Source of the DNA: Elusimicrobiales bacterium
Lineage (GTDB): Bacteria > Elusimicrobiota > Elusimicrobia > Elusimicrobiales > UBA9959
Length of the DNA: 64,000 nt
Assembly (NCBI GenBank): GCA_028713125.1
Contig: JAQTOU010000003.1
Location: 467,286-531,285, forward strand
Direction: 5' to 3'
Shown: piece by piece, positions 1 to 8,892 of the stretch
How positions within the stretch are numbered: the stretch's first letter is position 1
Layout: every line of letters begins with the position of its first letter
Program-made: the position numbers and the translations under genes
The notes under the pieces: generated by a model
What the model saw: only the letters and a program-made list of their open reading frames with translations
The model's database searches: none
What the model was told of the DNA's origin: nothing

Positions 1-914
1 GCGCGCGCGAGGCGCTCGGCGTAATCTTTTTCCAGCGCGGCCTGCCTGGCGGCGAAAGAGGCCTGTCTTTCGGTCTCGCGGGCGGCGGCCGCGGCGCGGG
101 CTTCCTCTATCCTGGCTTCCGTATCTGCGTAAAGTTTCTTTTCCTGGGCGCGGAAGGACTCTTCAAGGGCCTGGCGGCGGCCTGAAATTTCTTTCTCGGC
201 TTCGGCTTTCAGGGCTTCGAGCTTTTCAAAGCGCTCGTCCTGCAGTTCCGATTTGAATTTTTCGAGCTGGGCTTCCCTCTGCTCGTGCAGCTTGGCAAGC
301 TCCCGGGCCCGCTCCTCGTAGCGCACGCGCAGCGACAGCTCTTCCTGCTCGGCGCGCAGGCGCTGGGCCGCGATCAGCTCGTTCTCCAGGCTCTCGTATT
401 TCTCGCGCAGGGCGGTTTCCCTCGCGGCCAGATTGTCCTGGTGCTTCGTCAGCAGGGTGCTGAGCTCCGCCTCTTTCATCTCGGAATTCTTGCGCTGGTC
501 GTCGATCATGGCCAGCTTGATCCGGCCTATCTCGGCTTCCCGGGAGGCCAGTTCGTTCTTGAGCGCCTGGATCTCTTTCTCCAGCTGGATGCGGGAGGAG
601 CGCCAGTTGACGGCTTCCTCGTTGAGGATCTGTTCGCGGAGCTTCGACTTGAGGTCCGCCTCCATGGCGGTCTGGGTCTTCCAGTTCTCTTCCCAGGTCT
701 TGATGGTGCCCTGCCACTTCTTGAGGATCTCGGTCTTCTGCTCCACCTGCTCGGTGAGGGAGCGGTTGATGCCGGTCTTGTTGCGGTTGTCGTCGCGCAG
801 GCGGCCAAGCTCCTCCTGCTGGCCGTGGATCTTTTCCACGGCCCAGCGGAGCGCGAGCTTCGCGGTTTCCACGTCCGTGATAGCGGACGGGTCGAGTTTT
901 GGTTCCTGCTCCAT
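1..914 (-). CDS. coiled-coil protein, 3' part cut off by the window edge
   Basis: Absent from the ORF track because it has no in-window stop. ATG at 914-912 is preceded by GGAGG (rc of cctcc 921-925). The frame stays open to position 1; I checked parts of it for in-frame stops. Translation MEQEPKLDPSAITDVETAKLALRWAVEKIHGQQEELGRLRDDNRNK...ALEKDYAERLARA is E/K/R/L/Q-rich and heptad-like. Confidence 0.6.
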   Translation of the reverse strand, partial: MEQEPKLDPSAITDVETAKLALRWAVEKIHGQQEELGRLRDDNRNKTGINRSLTEQVEQKTEILKKWQGTIKTWEENWKTQTAMEADLKSKLREQILNEEAVNWRSSRIQLEKEIQALKNELASREAEIGRIKLAMIDDQRKNSEMKEAELSTLLTKHQDNLAARETALREKYESLENELIAAQRLRAEQEELSLRVRYEERARELAKLHEQREAQLEKFKSELQDERFEKLEALKAEAEKEISGRRQALEESFRAQEKKLYADTEARIEEARAAAAARETERQASFAARQAALEKDYAERLAR

Positions 915-1061
915 TTAATTCCTCCGGCAAAGCCGCCTGAAACGGAAAACAATTAAGGAATTTAAAATTCCTTTTAAATATACAAGGAAATTATACAAAA
1001 GGCTTGTTTATAAAATATTAAATTCTTGTTGCGGGCGGCAGCGCGCTGCCGCAATAAATAT

Positions 1062-1083
1062 GGCCGCCCCTCCGGGGGCGGCC
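1062..1083 (-). terminator. GC-rich hairpin downstream of rpmB
   Basis: ggccgcccc / ggggcggcc 9-bp stem about 33 nt past the rpmB stop. On the minus strand it is followed by A/T-rich atatttatt, not a clean U-run. Confidence 0.4.
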
Positions 1084-1115
1084 TTGTCGAAACAAAGAAT
1101 ACTGCTTTTAAAGGG

Positions 1116-1313
1116 CTAAACTACAGCCGGGCGTATTGCTTTGCCGCTCTTTATGCAGACGGTGCAGACGTAGACCGACTGGGTCTTGCCGTCCAGCGCC
1201 ACTTTCTGTTTCTGAAGGTTGGGCTTGAAAAGCCGTTTGGTAGCCCTATGAGAGTGACTATAGGAATTCCCGGAAACGGGCTTTTTGCCGCAAAGTTCGC
1301 ATTTGTAAGCCAT
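1116..1313 (-). CDS. rpmB: 50S ribosomal protein L28
   Basis: 65 aa. MAYKCELCGKKPVSGNSYSHSHRATKRLFKPNLQK matches the L28 N-terminal pattern (C-x2-GK-x-P-x-GN-x2-SH-x4-TKR-x-F-x-PNL). Confidence 0.9.
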   Translation of the reverse strand: MAYKCELCGKKPVSGNSYSHSHRATKRLFKPNLQKQKVALDGKTQSVYVCTVCIKSGKAIRPAVV

Positions 1314-1417
1314 GTGTTTATTATAGCAAATTGAAATGACCTATTGCCAAATTTGGCCGCCTGATGAGCATAGCTCCTGATGCGGCACCTACGCAGGTAT
1401 TGTAGAATATTCCTATC

Positions 1418-1834
1418 ATGAAAGCACATACCGCCTATCTGACCTTCAACACTTCCGAGCGCTGCGCCATAGTCAATATCAACCAGAAAGTAGAAGCCGA
1501 GCTGGCGAAAAGCGGGATCAAAGAGGGGCTTTGCCTGGTGAACGCGATGCATATCACTTCCAGCGTTTTCATAAACGACAATGAAAGCGGCCTGCACCAG
1601 GACTTCCTTGAATGGGTGGAAAAACTCGCGCCTTACAGCCGGGACGGCTATAAGCATAACCGGACAGGCGAGGATAACGGCGACGCCCACCTGAAGCGCA
1701 CCATGATGGGCCGCGAGGTGGTGGTGGCCGTCACGGCCGGGAAACTTGATTTCGGCCCCTGGGAGCGCATTTTTTACGGCGAATTCGACGGCAAGCGGAA
1801 TAAACGCGTGCTTGTGAAAATAATAGGGGAATAG
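1418..1834 (+). CDS. yjbQ: YjbQ/UPF0047 family protein (secondary thiamine-phosphate synthase-like)
   Basis: 138 aa. [19 protein letters not shown] ... [18 protein letters not shown] ... [16 protein letters not shown] are typical UPF0047 blocks. Confidence 0.8.
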   Translation: MKAHTAYLTFNTSERCAIVNINQKVEAELAKSGIKEGLCLVNAMHITSSVFINDNESGLHQDFLEWVEKLAPYSRDGYKHNRTGEDNGDAHLKRTMMGREVVVAVTAGKLDFGPWERIFYGEFDGKRNKRVLVKIIGE

Positions 1835-1838
1835 CGCT

Positions 1839-2237
1839 ATGAAAAAAAAGATCTACTACCACGACACGGACCACAGCGGCGCTGTTTACCACGCCAACTA
1901 CCTGAAATACCTTGAGGAAGCCCGCTCCGAATACCTGGAGGAGCGCGGCTTCGGCGTAAAAGGGCTGCTGGACAGGGGCGTCGGCTTCGCCGTGCGCCGG
2001 CAGGAAATGGAATACAAGGCCCCGACTTATTATAACGATACGCTTGAGATAAAGATCTGGGTAAAAGAATTCACCCCTTACCGCATAGTTTTCGCCTATT
2101 TGCTTCACAACCAGGAAGGCAAGCTGATAGGAAAAGCGGAAACCGATTTGGTCTGCGTAGGCCGCGACCTGAAACTCGCCGAACTTCCGGCCGAACTGAA
2201 AGCCTCCCTGGCTAAAGAGACTGCGAGCAAAGCCTGA
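1839..2237 (+). CDS. 4HBT/YbgC-type acyl-CoA thioesterase
   Basis: 132 aa. The N-terminal YYHDTDHSGAVYHANYLKYLEEAR is the hot-dog thioesterase catalytic-Asp block. It starts 4 nt after the yjbQ stop. Confidence 0.8.
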   Translation: MKKKIYYHDTDHSGAVYHANYLKYLEEARSEYLEERGFGVKGLLDRGVGFAVRRQEMEYKAPTYYNDTLEIKIWVKEFTPYRIVFAYLLHNQEGKLIGKAETDLVCVGRDLKLAELPAELKASLAKETASKA

Positions 2238-2243
2238 GGCTGA

Positions 2244-2358
2244 CTGGGGGACCGGGTTAGCAAAACCCTCGGAGAGCCCGCCGGTTGCATAGCCCGGCGG
2301 GCGAACACGGAGTGAGGCCACGGTGTGGCCGAACGCGTTTTGCGTTCCGGTCCCCCAG
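2244..2358. ncRNA. unassigned multi-stem structured element (12-bp closing helix enclosing three hairpins)
   Basis: ctgggggaccgg (2244-2255) is the perfect reverse complement of ccggtcccccag (2347-2358). Three hairpins lie inside: gcccgccgg/ccggcgggc (2276-2302), ggccac/gtggcc (2316-2330) and gaacgc/gcgttc (2331-2347). It is intergenic, between the thioesterase and the B12-radical SAM gene. Strand and family are unknown. Confidence 0.35.
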
Positions 2359-2433
2359 GCAGCCTCCAGCGCCGAGGTCAAACCCGGAAGCGGTAAGTTT
2401 GCTATTATATTTTAAATTTTAGACGCGAATAGA

Positions 2434-3816
2434 ATGAAAATACTGCTCGTAAAACCAGGCATAGCCCTCGGCGACCATATACAGCCGCCGCTCGGCATCG
2501 CCTATGTGGCCAGCCGCCTCCGTGAAAAGCACGAGGTGGCCGTGCTCGATTTCGGCATGATGAACCGCCGGGACGACAGCTTTACTCTGGAGCTCGGCAG
2601 ATTCCAGCCCGACGTGGTCGGCTTCCAGTGCTATTCCCCCGAGATCGGCGAAGTGAAAAGACTTTCGGTAATGGCGCGCTCCGTCCTGCCCAAAGCCGTT
2701 ATCGTCGCCGGCGGCCCGCACCCGACGCTCTGCCCCGAGGAGACGATGGCCAAGCTCTCTCCGCAGACCGATTACCTTCTGCGCGGCGAGACCGAGGAGA
2801 GCTTCCCGCTTTTTATGGACAAGCTCGAAGGCCGCGGGACTTACGAGAGCATCCCCGGCCTGGTCTGGCGCGAGAACGGCGCAATTAAAATAAACGAGAT
2901 CTCCCCGATCGCGGACATAAACGCCCTGCCGCTCCCGGCCTGGGACCTGATCAACCCCCAGAATTACCCGCCCGCCCAGCACGGCGCTTTCTTTAACAAG
3001 TTCCCGATAGCCCCTATCGTGACCACGCGCGGCTGCCCTTTCGCCTGCGGCTTCTGCACCGCGCCCATCCTGAGCGGAAGGACCATGCGCAAGCGCGGCG
3101 CCGACTCCGTCATCGCCGAGATAGAGCTGCTCTACCACAAGTTCGGCATCAGGGAAATCCATATCGTAGACGACAATTTCACCCTGGACAAAGCGCACGC
3201 GGTCTCCATCCTGAAAAGGATCATCGCGAGCAAGCTGCCTATTTCCCTGGCTTTTCCCAACGGCGTGCGCATCGGGACACTGGATTCCGAACTTCTGGAC
3301 CTGATGAAACAGGCCGGGACCTATCTTATTTCAGTCGGCATCGAGTCCGGCTCCGACAAAACCCTTAAGCGCATGGACAAGCAGCTCAATGTAGCCATGA
3401 TCCGCGAGAAAGTGGCGCTGATAGAGAGCAAGGGGATAGACCTCGCTGCTTTCTTCATTTTGGGCTTCCCTGACGAGACAGTAGAGGACATGCGCGAAAG
3501 CATAAATTTCTCGCTCGAGCTTCCGCTCCTGCGCGCAAATTTCTTCACTTTCCTGCCCCTGCCGATGACGCCCGTGACGCTTAAGCTTATAAAGAGCGGC
3601 GAGATAGGCGAGATGGACGTGGACGGGCTTATTTTCCAGAAGGTCCCCTACGCTCCCAAAGGCGTGACGCGCGAGCAGCTGCGCAGCCTCCAGCGCGAAG
3701 CCTTCCTGCGCTTCTACCTCCGGCCGGGGACTATGTTCAGGAACATCACCAAGGTGCGCTCCCTGAAGCATTTCGGCTACCTCGCCAAACGCTTCTACCA
3801 CTGGATAGTGATGTAG
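2434..3816 (+). CDS. B12-binding domain radical SAM protein
   Basis: 460 aa. N-terminal MKILLVKP...PPLGIAYVASRL is a cobalamin-binding-like fold. The radical SAM CxxxCxxC motif is in TTRGCPFACGFCTAP. Confidence 0.85.
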   Translation: MKILLVKPGIALGDHIQPPLGIAYVASRLREKHEVAVLDFGMMNRRDDSFTLELGRFQPDVVGFQCYSPEIGEVKRLSVMARSVLPKAVIVAGGPHPTLCPEETMAKLSPQTDYLLRGETEESFPLFMDKLEGRGTYESIPGLVWRENGAIKINEISPIADINALPLPAWDLINPQNYPPAQHGAFFNKFPIAPIVTTRGCPFACGFCTAPILSGRTMRKRGADSVIAEIELLYHKFGIREIHIVDDNFTLDKAHAVSILKRIIASKLPISLAFPNGVRIGTLDSELLDLMKQAGTYLISVGIESGSDKTLKRMDKQLNVAMIREKVALIESKGIDLAAFFILGFPDETVEDMRESINFSLELPLLRANFFTFLPLPMTPVTLKLIKSGEIGEMDVDGLIFQKVPYAPKGVTREQLRSLQREAFLRFYLRPGTMFRNITKVRSLKHFGYLAKRFYHWIVM

Positions 3817-3820
3817 AAAA

Positions 3821-3886
3821 AGGGGACAGGCTACTTTATTGACGTCGGGGAATTTCCCCGGGATAAAGTAGCCTGTCCCCTTTTTC
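3821..3886 (+). terminator. intrinsic terminator after the B12-radical SAM gene
   Basis: Perfect 19-bp stem aggggacaggctactttat (3821-3839) / ataaagtagcctgtcccct (3863-3881), followed by ttttt. Confidence 0.8.
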
Positions 3887-3892
3887 CCAAAA

Positions 3893-3925
3893 GAAAAGGC
3901 CCCGCTAACGGGGCCTTTCTTTTTT
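3893..3925. terminator. bidirectional intrinsic terminator between convergent genes
   Basis: ggccccg-ctaa-cggggcc stem (3898-3915), flanked by an A-run on the left and tttcttttttt on the right. It serves the minus-strand M16 operon and the plus-strand gene. Confidence 0.75.
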
Positions 3926-3940
3926 ACAGCTTAAGTCCGC

Positions 3941-5347
3941 TCAGTCTTCCTTCAGCTCCGTCACCGTCCCGAACTCGCTCAGCGGCTTGTCGAACTTCTT
4001 CGAATTGCCGATCACGAACAGCATCGCCTCTTCGGGTTTGAAGAGCTTCTTGGCTGTTTCAAGCACGGCTTTCGAATCCGTCCTCGCGATGTTCTCGACA
4101 TAATTGTCCAGGTAGTCCGGTTTATAGCCGTAGTATTCGTAGGAGGCCCTTTCCGTTATCAGGTCGAACGGGGTCGGGAACCTGAAGACGAAAGAGTTCA
4201 CTATCGAGTCCCGGGCCCTGGTCACTTCGTCGGCGGGCGCGGGCACTTCGGTTATAAGCTTGAACTGTTTAAGCAGTTCCGAGAGCGCCTGTGAATAGGT
4301 CTCGGGCTTGGTTCCAAGGTAGGCCAGCGTGTAGCCGTAATCCGGCTTCTTGGCCGAGTAGCTGTAAACGGTATAGGCCAGACCCCTGCGGGAGCGTATT
4401 TCGGCGGCCAGGCGGGAGGAAAGTCCGGAGCCTCCTCCAAGTATCTCATTGGTAACGGTCAGAGGGTATTCCAGCGGGTCGAAGCGTTTTATGCCCTTCT
4501 GGAGCATCACTATGAAGGCCTGGGAGATATCCTTTTCTATATGGAAAACCTGCCGCTCGCCCTTTATCTGAACCGGGGGGATGACGGGGAATTTAACCTC
4601 GCCGCGCGGCCAGGCGCCGAAGCGGGCTTCCAGCTTTTTCATCATCTCGCCGTTGGAGGCGAAGTCTCCAGCCGCGACGAGGATAATGTTGTTGGGTTTA
4701 TAATAATTGGCGTGATAGGCCTTCATGTCCTCGATCGTGACGGCGTTGACGGTGGCCTCCTCGCTGCGCCAGCCGTAGGGGTGGGCGGGCCCGTAGAAAG
4801 AGCGGAGAGCCTCGCGCACTACCGCGCGGCCGGGGTCGTCGTTGCGGCGGCGTATCATCTCCAGGGTCTCGTCCCGCCTGAGCTTTACTTTATCCTCGGC
4901 GAAGGCCGGGTGCATCAGGACGTCGGCGTAGATGTCGAGTACCGCGTCCAGGTCTTTAGACAGGGTAGTGAGGTCCGCGCGGCCTTCTTCTATCCCCATG
5001 GAGCTTTCCACGGAAGCGGCCAGGAACTCGAGGGTTTTGTCTATCTCTTCCGGTTTATATTTAAGCGTGCCGCCGTCCTTAAGAAGGCCAGCGGTCATTT
5101 CGCCCAGGCCTATCTTCTCTATAGGGTCGTTCAGCTTGCCGGTGCGGATATAGGCGGTCATATGCACCACGGGAAGGGTATTGTCCTTCATCAGGTAGAC
5201 CACCATCCCGTTGTCCATCACAAGGCGGTCGCCCTTCGGCGGTTTGAAATCGATGCCGCCTATCTTGGGGAGGGCGGGGGGCAGCGCGAACGCGGCGGCG
5301 CTAAAAAGTGTCATCAGTAGGGCTCCTGTGATCGTTGATTTTTTCAT
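3941..5347 (-). CDS. M16 family peptidase, non-catalytic-type subunit (no HxxEH), secreted
   Basis: 468 aa with a signal peptide (MKKSTITGALLMTLFSAAAFA). It has the insulinase-like layout but GLGEMTAGLL replaces the zinc motif. It lies 11 nt downstream of the active M16 partner. Confidence 0.75.
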   Translation of the reverse strand: MKKSTITGALLMTLFSAAAFALPPALPKIGGIDFKPPKGDRLVMDNGMVVYLMKDNTLPVVHMTAYIRTGKLNDPIEKIGLGEMTAGLLKDGGTLKYKPEEIDKTLEFLAASVESSMGIEEGRADLTTLSKDLDAVLDIYADVLMHPAFAEDKVKLRRDETLEMIRRRNDDPGRAVVREALRSFYGPAHPYGWRSEEATVNAVTIEDMKAYHANYYKPNNIILVAAGDFASNGEMMKKLEARFGAWPRGEVKFPVIPPVQIKGERQVFHIEKDISQAFIVMLQKGIKRFDPLEYPLTVTNEILGGGSGLSSRLAAEIRSRRGLAYTVYSYSAKKPDYGYTLAYLGTKPETYSQALSELLKQFKLITEVPAPADEVTRARDSIVNSFVFRFPTPFDLITERASYEYYGYKPDYLDNYVENIARTDSKAVLETAKKLFKPEEAMLFVIGNSKKFDKPLSEFGTVTELKED

Positions 5348-5358
5348 GGCAGTTCTCC

Positions 5359-6897
5359 TTAGTCCTTTTTAAGCGGCTCCCGGAGGAAAACTACGGTGCG
5401 GTTGTCCCGGGTAAGATATTTTTCGGCCACGCGGATGATGTCTTCCGGCTTTACCTTGCGCAGTTCGTCGCCGGTCTTCCAGTCGTACTTCCAATCACCG
5501 AGTATTTCCTCGTTCTGCGCCAGGTTCATGCCCAGGCCGGAGTTGGACTCCAGCTGTTTTATCATCTCGGCCTGGTAATTGTTGATTATCTTGTCCAGTT
5601 CCCACTGGGTCGGAGGAACTTTCTTCAGGCCGGCTATCTCTTCCATTATGGCCGAGTCGAGTTCGTCCACCGTGTGCGGGGCCTTTGGCGCCGACATAAT
5701 TACGAATAGCGACGGATAGCGGTTGCCGGGGAAGGAGTTCCCTGAAGCGGCGTAAAGGGCCAGCTCTTTGCCCTCGACCAGGTTCTTGTAGAAGCGCCCG
5801 GTCTTGCCGTTGGTGAGAACTTCAGAGGCCATTATAAGCGGATATGTGTCAGGGTTGGTTACCTCCGGCACATGAAAGCCTATGCGTACCGCCGGTTTGG
5901 CTTTGAAAAAAACGTTCACTATCTTTTCGGACTTCTGGGGCGGTTCCTTCGTATAGGTCCGGTCGGGCAGGGGCTTGCTCTCCCAGCCGCCGAAATATTT
6001 TTCCGCCAGCCTTATGACTTCCGCCGGGTTCACGTCGCCGACTACCGACAGGGTTGCATTGTTCGGCACATAGAACGTTTTAAAGAACTGCTCCGCGTCC
6101 GTCCGGGTCAGCCGGGTAAGGTCGTCCATCCAGCCGATGGTGGGGTTGTGGTAAGGATGGGCGGTGAAGCCGTTGGAGGTCAGCGTCTCCCACATCAACC
6201 GGTTAGGGTCGGCTTCGCCCATGCGGCGCTCTTCCATGACCACGCTGCGCTCGCGGTAGAACTCGCGCAGCACGGCGTTCTTGAAGCGGTCGGACTCTAT
6301 CGTCATCCAGGCTTCGAGCCTGCTGGAAGGGAGCGAGACCACATAGCCGGTATAGTCCGTGGAGGTCATGGCGTTCATGGCATGCTCTCCCAGGCTTTTA
6401 TAGAGGTTGAGATATTCGTCCTTAACGATAAAATTATCGGCTTCCTTTTCCGCTTCGGCCTGCGCTTTGCGCAGCGCCTCCAGCTTTTTCGCGTCCGGGG
6501 AGGACGAGGATTCTTCGGCTATAAGCGCCTTGGCGGCTTTCTCCACTTTGTCCAAAGCTGTTTTTTCTTTGTCGTAGCCGGCTGAATTTATGGTTTTGGT
6601 CCCTTTGAAGGCCATGTGCTCCATAAGGTGCGCCAGGCCGGTCTTGCCCTGGGTCCCGTCCACGTTCCCCACCTTGAACACCATGGTGAACGAGACGGTC
6701 GGGACGAAATGCTTCTCAAGTATAAGCAGTTTCAGCCCGTTCTTGAGCGTATAGGAGACGAGAGCAGGGTATCTGGGGTCTTTTTCAATTGCGGCGCCGG
6801 GCGGAAGCGCGTCCTTCGAGCCTTCTACGGCGTAAAGAGAAGCGCAGCAGAGCATCAGCATGGGTAAAAGTGCGAGGGATTTCATTATGTCCTCCAT
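5359..6897 (-). CDS. M16 family zinc peptidase (pitrilysin/insulinase-like), secreted
   Basis: 512 aa with a signal peptide. The inverted zinc motif HxxEH is in GLAHLMEHMAFKGT. Confidence 0.85.
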   Translation of the reverse strand: MEDIMKSLALLPMLMLCCASLYAVEGSKDALPPGAAIEKDPRYPALVSYTLKNGLKLLILEKHFVPTVSFTMVFKVGNVDGTQGKTGLAHLMEHMAFKGTKTINSAGYDKEKTALDKVEKAAKALIAEESSSSPDAKKLEALRKAQAEAEKEADNFIVKDEYLNLYKSLGEHAMNAMTSTDYTGYVVSLPSSRLEAWMTIESDRFKNAVLREFYRERSVVMEERRMGEADPNRLMWETLTSNGFTAHPYHNPTIGWMDDLTRLTRTDAEQFFKTFYVPNNATLSVVGDVNPAEVIRLAEKYFGGWESKPLPDRTYTKEPPQKSEKIVNVFFKAKPAVRIGFHVPEVTNPDTYPLIMASEVLTNGKTGRFYKNLVEGKELALYAASGNSFPGNRYPSLFVIMSAPKAPHTVDELDSAIMEEIAGLKKVPPTQWELDKIINNYQAEMIKQLESNSGLGMNLAQNEEILGDWKYDWKTGDELRKVKPEDIIRVAEKYLTRDNRTVVFLREPLKKD

Positions 6898-6974
6898 AAG
6901 CGTTGGGGGGAACAGCTACGGTTATTATTATACTAAATGGCATCTCTTAACTCCTTAAAGAGCGGGCGCGCGCA

Positions 6975-7012
6975 ATTCCGTATGAAAATAATTATTTTCA
7001 AATGAAAATATT
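6975..7012. promoter_or_regulatory. two-dyad upstream element, site A (putative enhancer-binding-protein UAS)
   Basis: Strong dyad TTTTCAAATGAAAA at 6995-7008. A weaker dyad (attccgTAtgaaaa) is centred 20 bp upstream. The strong dyad centre is 84.5 bp upstream of the GG of the 7085 promoter. Confidence 0.55.
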
Positions 7013-7084
7013 CTCCGCGTGCCTCCAGGGATAAAACAGAGATTTCTATATGAGAATTGCCTATTCCCTCCCTATTGCTGTCGT

Positions 7085-7100
7085 TGGCATAGAAAATGTT
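7085..7100 (+). promoter_or_regulatory. sigma-54-type -24/-12 promoter (degenerate -12: TGT)
   Basis: TGGCATAGAAAATGTT followed by ctgtag. GG-N10 spacing is exact but the -12 element is GT rather than GC. It lies about 50 nt upstream of the 7151 start. Confidence 0.55.
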
Positions 7101-7150
7101 CTGTAGAGAGTATCAGCGGGTAATATCTAAAATGGAAGGGTAAAGAACAT

Positions 7151-7855
7151 ATGAAAAAGAGCAAAATACTGATAGCGCTGTTCGCGGTAATAATAGCGGC
7201 AGCCTCAACTGTTAAAGCCGAAGGGATAAAACTGAAATTTGACGGCGAAGGCAACGACAAGAACGGGGCCTCATTGCGGGATGTAATTGAAGATGTTTCG
7301 GTAAATTCCGGGATTCAGATTCCTGAAATTCCAGCACGAAGGTTTGACGGCGACATGAGTAAGCCGGCTAAAGATTCAAACACCGAACTTTTGGGAATTA
7401 CCAGCCAGGGGAAAGGCGACAAAATATACTTGGAAGCCATCCAGGCGGTTTTAAAGCGAAGACTTCTTGATGCCTATAAAACTAACGCAGGTGTTTTGAG
7501 TGCGGTTAACGCGAACGGCACAAAGATCCTGTTCGACACGGAAGAGATCTGTATTACCTCCGCTGACTATAACGTTTATGTTGAGCTTAAAGATCCTGTT
7601 TTGCTGAAAGAATTCGCACTGCTGATACCTGCGAAAAACAAAGGAGTATGCACGACAATAATAACTGTCGGTAAAAAATGTAACACTTGGGCGCAACTTA
7701 TCTGCACGGCTTGGGAACTTTACAATATATACACCGAAATCTGCCCGCCGTCCGCCCCCTCGACCCCCCCTGCCGGTGGCGGCGGTGGTAACGGTGGGGC
7801 CGTCCTTCCTCCCCTTCCGCTCAACCCTCCGGTCAGGTCTGCCGGGGGATATTGA
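7151..7855 (+). CDS. secreted hypothetical protein with a Cys-containing segment and a Pro/Gly-rich tail
   Basis: 234 aa. Signal peptide MKKSKILIALFAVIIAAASTVKA. The C-terminus reads CTTIITVGKKCNTWAQLICTAWELYNIYTEICPPSAPSTPPAGGGGGNGG. I recognise no family. The region is low GC. Confidence 0.6.
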   Translation: MKKSKILIALFAVIIAAASTVKAEGIKLKFDGEGNDKNGASLRDVIEDVSVNSGIQIPEIPARRFDGDMSKPAKDSNTELLGITSQGKGDKIYLEAIQAVLKRRLLDAYKTNAGVLSAVNANGTKILFDTEEICITSADYNVYVELKDPVLLKEFALLIPAKNKGVCTTIITVGKKCNTWAQLICTAWELYNIYTEICPPSAPSTPPAGGGGGNGGAVLPPLPLNPPVRSAGGY

Positions 7856-7921
7856 AGTTTGCTAGTATTCCGTGAGCCGGTATCCAATGCAACGGCTCAC
7901 GAAAATAATTTATAAAGTTTT

Positions 7922-8662
7922 ATGAATAGTGACTTTACCGATCTAAAATCTGTTTCGATCATGAACTGGGTGAAACTGTTTTTACTCTCAGTCGTGGCTG
8001 TTCTGGCATTGGGCTTCTTTTTGCGGTTATTTGGCCTAAGGTTGCTCTCAAAGGAGATGTTCGGGATATTAATCTCGGCATCATTTATCGCGGTCTCAAT
8101 AAAGGCCTTACACGATTTAGGCATAGATCCTAGACAAGCCTTCTTTTACCACAATAAGCATGTGCATGCGAGTTTTGCATCTGGACTCAGGTATTTCCTT
8201 GTTCTTCCCTGTTTTATTGTCGCGGTAGTGGCGCTGGTGGGTTCCGCCGACTTTTTATTGTCTTATTTTAACCTGATGCCCGTGGAGACGCTGACTAATT
8301 ATTTAATCCCGGGTTCTCTCGCTCAGACAAGTTATATAGGTGCAGTTCTGCTTGGCTCCACACAACGGATACTTGTGTTCATTATTGCCACATGCGTGCT
8401 TGCCCCGATAGCAGAAGAACTTTTTTTTAGGCGCTTATTATATGTCAGTTTGCGCAATAAATACAATTTCCATCTATCGCTGACGGTATCTTCTTTTATC
8501 TTCGGGGTTTTTCACGGGGGAGGCTGGTTCATAGCATTCGGGAACGGGCTGCTATTGGGCTATCTTTACGAAAAAAAGCACGATATTCTGGCGGCCATGT
8601 TCCTGCATTCATTTATAAATGTGCTTGCGATAATATTAGGTTTCGCCGCACTATGGGCATAA
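7922..8662 (+). CDS. CPBP family intramembrane glutamic endopeptidase (CAAX protease/Abi-like)
   Basis: 246 aa, multi-TM. Motifs are EELFFRRLLY (EExxxR), FIFGVFHG (FxxxH) and HSFINV. The start codon is uncertain (ATG 7922 or the Met at MNWVKLF). Confidence 0.8.
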   Translation: MNSDFTDLKSVSIMNWVKLFLLSVVAVLALGFFLRLFGLRLLSKEMFGILISASFIAVSIKALHDLGIDPRQAFFYHNKHVHASFASGLRYFLVLPCFIVAVVALVGSADFLLSYFNLMPVETLTNYLIPGSLAQTSYIGAVLLGSTQRILVFIIATCVLAPIAEELFFRRLLYVSLRNKYNFHLSLTVSSFIFGVFHGGGWFIAFGNGLLLGYLYEKKHDILAAMFLHSFINVLAIILGFAALWA

Positions 8663-8892
8663 GCCAAGGTTCAGAAAATTTAACTGCGGTAATGTGTAAA
8701 TACTGCCAACATGCTAAAGCCAGGATTGTTAGGACAAAATTCTTTGGAACTTCACCCGGTTATACAAACAAAAAAACCAGATGATCTATAAACTCAAAGA
8801 CTTAGAAAGATTGAGCACTAAATTGATGGTACAAGTGTTAAACAAATAAAACAATAATAGCCCTTGCGAAGATAGGGGATAATCAATAAACC

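Noticed and set aside
226-956. Track ORFs 226-930(-), 285-956(+), 433-918(+) and 527-952(-)
   Set aside because: All overlap the open minus-strand coiled-coil frame, which starts at 914 with a GGAGG RBS and runs off the window. Their translations are low-complexity.
2355-2400. SRP (4.5S) RNA-like string ggtcaaacccggaagcgg
   Set aside because: The residues flanking the GGAA cannot form the helix-8 pairing of SRP RNA, and the rest of the conserved motif is absent.
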